This document shows, in pieces, positions 35,399 through 37,776 of a DNA stretch of 37,776 nucleotides. The translations under genes were made by a program, and so were the position numbers. Source of the stretch: Pseudomonadota bacterium (GTDB lineage Bacteria; Desulfobacterota; Desulfobacteria; Desulfobacterales; JBDRRP01). Where the stretch lies: positions 1 to 37,776 of the forward strand of contig JBDRRP010000103.1 in the NCBI GenBank assembly GCA_043825735.1. Direction: 5' to 3'. Within the stretch, counting starts at the first letter, position 1; the number at the start of each line of letters is the position of its first letter. The notes below the pieces were generated by a model. The model was not told the DNA's origin, did no database searches, and saw only the letters and a list, made by a program, of their open reading frames with translations.

Positions 35399-35683
35399 GT
35401 GCAATCCGAGGGCTATGACGAGAAGGTCCAGCGGATAATGGCGTACTTGGTCGAATCCATGCCCGATGCCAGCATCGGCCACAGTTTCGACAGGATGGCC
35501 CATGCCGAAAAATTCGCCATCCACCTTGGCGAAACCAGGTTTTTCTCAGTATCCAAAGAGTTCATCGATGACCACGATCCCGACACCATCCACGGCCACC
35601 TGACCGCGATGGGCATGGCAAAGATCATCCGTAATTCCAGCAAACGAATCTTCCTCTCAACGGAAGGGCTGTCATATTCGTAA
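35399..35683 (+). CDS. Hypothetical protein
   Basis: GAGGAGG RBS, GTG start, GC-rich codon usage. Confidence 0.65.
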   Translation: MQSEGYDEKVQRIMAYLVESMPDASIGHSFDRMAHAEKFAIHLGETRFFSVSKEFIDDHDPDTIHGHLTAMGMAKIIRNSSKRIFLSTEGLSYS

Positions 35684-35717
35684 ACTGAGCGGGCGATGGC
35701 GCCGCAAATTAATTACG

Positions 35718-35744
35718 GGGTTGTGACCGCATCTGTCACAGCCC
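35718..35744 (+). promoter_or_regulatory. Inverted repeat (terminator or operator) upstream of the two-gene pair
   Basis: GGGTTGTGAC-cgcatct-GTCACAGCCC followed by TATATT. Confidence 0.4.
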
Positions 35745-35769
35745 TATATTAAGTATCAATCATGGAGGA

Positions 35770-36753
35770 ATGATGGGAAAGGTTACGAGGCCGAAAACAG
35801 TATACTACAAACGGGCAATGGGGCTAAAACGCGGCGTAACGCTGCAGGCAATGCTGCAGAGCGCTTTCCAGAAAAAAAACAAACCGTCGCTGCGCCAAGA
35901 GACTCTGGATGAAGAAGGTAACAATTTCCGATTCATTAACGAAGTGCGACCTATGCATAAAATGTTGTTCGGGCAATTGATCTATTTCGAAAAGGGTAAG
36001 TTACCCGCTGGCTTCGTCTTGGATCCAAACGCTACTGAGTATCACCTTGAAACCATACCTGTAGCACGCTCAGAAGATGGCAAGAAACGCGAGTTGCTTG
36101 AGTCTATACTATATTTTGGATCTTTCGAGAACCATTTATTACTCTTACAGTCAATGTCCCTGAGAGCCCGGGATTTTGAGAAGCATATTACATGGCTGTT
36201 ATCCAAACATACTGGGATATTACCTGCAACCAGGCACATTTTACTATCAGATGAACCTACACCGGCTGCAAAGAAAAAAATCGAGGCATCGCCAATTAAA
36301 ACTATTCGGCTGGGCAGTCCTTTGGTAACCGTGGCTGATGATAAACCTGTAAAAGGGCAATCTCCGGTACGGAATAAAATGAAATTTAGGCCACATGGGC
36401 AAGGATTCGACATTCTTGAGGCTGTGTTGGGAGATGAGTGGAGACAGAAATTGAAGCTTGAGGATTCACTGGACGATGCGAACTTGTGGGTAAATCTCGA
36501 AATCACATATCTCAGAAAGACAACCGAAGATGCCCAGCGGGTGTTACAAAACCTAGCCACATCAATGCGGCATGCTGAAGCAGAGGACCTGGAAATCCAG
36601 CTGAAGGACGGCGGGACAATCAAAGGAGATGAGCTGAAACTAGCTGGCAAAATCAAGGCAGATGTTTATGATGGTGGTATAATTGACTCCAATTCACTAT
36701 ATATCGAGATGTGGGATTGGATGAGGACTAAGATCGAGGAAAGAGTTATTTAA
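35770..36753 (+). CDS. Soluble 327-aa protein, putative RexA/RdgC-like exclusion sensor
   Basis: GGAGG RBS; AT-richer; motif order resembles RexA-like proteins by eye; coupled to a 4-TM gene. Confidence 0.6.
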   Translation: MMGKVTRPKTVYYKRAMGLKRGVTLQAMLQSAFQKKNKPSLRQETLDEEGNNFRFINEVRPMHKMLFGQLIYFEKGKLPAGFVLDPNATEYHLETIPVARSEDGKKRELLESILYFGSFENHLLLLQSMSLRARDFEKHITWLLSKHTGILPATRHILLSDEPTPAAKKKIEASPIKTIRLGSPLVTVADDKPVKGQSPVRNKMKFRPHGQGFDILEAVLGDEWRQKLKLEDSLDDANLWVNLEITYLRKTTEDAQRVLQNLATSMRHAEAEDLEIQLKDGGTIKGDELKLAGKIKADVYDGGIIDSNSLYIEMWDWMRTKIEERVI

Positions 36754-37283
36754 TGAGGAATGTGGCAACAAGCCAGGATGGATTCAGCTTCATTAATGTC
36801 CTTGTCGGAATAGTATCCGGTGGGCTTTTTGCCGGTATTGCCATGCTCTTAATGGATTCTATTCTTACCTCGGGGAAAGTACTGGTTTTTTACGGAACGT
36901 TAATGACGTTTATTAGTGTAATGACCTTTAATATGAGGTTGAAGCTTGGTGAACTGCCGAGCAATGCCAACCTGAGTGTCCGGGAACAGGAGCGATTGGT
37001 AAAGATAATTCGTAGCCGGACGAAGGTTCTGAATCGCCTGTTGTGTTACCACCTCACTACTACTGTCCTAATACTCGGGACTGCCTTCATAAACGGCGCT
37101 GACGTTTACGGGCAGGTGTTTTTAATACTAACCGCCGCGATGCTCGGAATCTCAATATCCAGTCTGTTCATGCTGTGGGCATCATATACTGAATATGAGG
37201 ATTTCAAGTTTAAAATGGATATGAGGGCTACTAAGGATAAGGAGGCTGAACGGCAACTCAGCAAGTTGACAGGGGATGACTGA
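36753..37283 (+). CDS. Four-TM membrane protein, putative RexB-like effector
   Basis: Four hydrophobic segments (about aa 11-34, 43-60, 96-113, 118-144); TAATG overlap with upstream gene. Confidence 0.68.
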   Translation: MRNVATSQDGFSFINVLVGIVSGGLFAGIAMLLMDSILTSGKVLVFYGTLMTFISVMTFNMRLKLGELPSNANLSVREQERLVKIIRSRTKVLNRLLCYHLTTTVLILGTAFINGADVYGQVFLILTAAMLGISISSLFMLWASYTEYEDFKFKMDMRATKDKEAERQLSKLTGDD

Positions 37284-37348
37284 AACAGCCTGATTCGGTG
37301 AATCAAAATGGCTCATTCGACAGGGAAACGGCTAATAGTTGGCAATTT

Positions 37349-37484
37349 CACTTCCGACTTTCTGGATGGTTATGACCAGGGCAGTGTCCGCCTAGATCGT
37401 TTATTTCAGGGCATAAGCGCCGATGCATCCCCAAAAAGTGTCCACTTCCGACTTTCTTCCGACTTTTTCACTCTAAGTCGGAAG
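37349..37484. repeat. CTTCCGACTT motif, three direct copies and one inverted copy
   Basis: Direct at 37351, 37445 and 37456; inverted AAGTCGGAAG at 37475-37484. Confidence 0.85.
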
Positions 37485-37542
37485 CGTTTCAACCCCTGAA
37501 TCAATGTTAAATCCCCGTCGAATATAGCTTTATCCACTTTTT

Positions 37543-37731
37543 AACGAGGGTTCAAACCACCCGTCAGATTTCACGAGCTCCGCCAGTTTTCGGATTTTGG
37601 TATCAAACCTACCTCCGCCATCATGTTGACTGCAACCAGCCGCCCAACCGCCCGCCGCCATTAACAATTCCCACGCCATCCCGTCCAATCCCACCATATC
37701 CCGCCGGTATCAAACCTCGTGTCAGGTCACA
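37543..37731 (-). repeat. Left end (attL-like) with three transposase-binding sites
   Basis: GGTTTGA-core sites on the minus strand at 37706-37731, 37599-37616 and 37543-37566; terminal CA at 37730-37731. Confidence 0.88.
37668..37702 (+). repeat. Phased WTCCC repeats, 10 bp period (candidate pac site)
   Basis: TTCCC at 37668, ATCCC at 37678, 37688 and 37698. Confidence 0.7.
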
Positions 37732-37776
37732 GCCGCTGCCATAGATGTGAAGTTTCATGCCGGTGGTAAGCCCGGC

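Larger units (their letters stand above)
176..37731 (-). mobile_element. Complete Mu-like transposable (pro)phage with non-contractile tail
   Basis: Ends are TG...CA with an imperfect terminal inverted repeat (TGTAACGTGACGCGCGGTTTGATCCC at 176-201 vs reverse complement TGTGACCTGACACGAGGTTTGATACC at 37706-37731, 21/26 identical); Mu-like gene order c-ner-A-B-gemA-mor-lysis-terminase-portal-F-I-T-tail-methylase. Confidence 0.96.

Noticed and set aside
35722..35740. CRP site or internal phage end (TGTGAC...GTCACA)
   Set aside because: Spacer is 9 bp rather than 6, and the GGTTTGA transposase core is missing
34056..35770. Integron cassette array for the accessory genes
   Set aside because: No attC-type RYYYAAC...GTTRRRY structures or shared intergenic repeats found
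37308..37499. 63-aa ORF near the left end
   Set aside because: Overlaps the repeat array, no clear RBS or motifs; likely non-coding
37340..37731. CRISPR-like array
   Set aside because: Repeats are short, irregularly spaced and explained as end-binding motifs; no cas genes

Overview
The window is essentially one complete Mu-like transposable (pro)phage of about 37.6 kb, running from a TG end at 176 to a CA end at 37731, with most genes on the minus strand. From right to left it holds: the left end with transposase-binding repeats; a plus-strand accessory block (repressor, membrane protein, three lipoproteins, and an AT-richer two-gene pair resembling lambda RexA/RexB); ner, DDE transposase, MuB-type ATPase and small early genes including gemA and mor; a lysis cassette; Mu-type head genes; a non-contractile (siphovirus-type) tail with a -1 frameshifted chaperone; two receptor-binding proteins; and a Dam-family methyltransferase in the mom position. 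Bases 1-44 are an exact second copy of the phage left end with a different flank, joined by 131 bp of non-phage DNA to the right end, which points to active replicative transposition, a circular form, or an assembly join. The best candidates for new biology are the RexAB-like pair and lipoprotein cluster, a major capsid protein with a signal-peptide-like leader, a tail fibre with an Mtd-like (DGR target) N-terminus but no DGR, and a MazG-like protein with basic residues in place of the catalytic acids. All protein family calls are by-eye recognition, not database searches.
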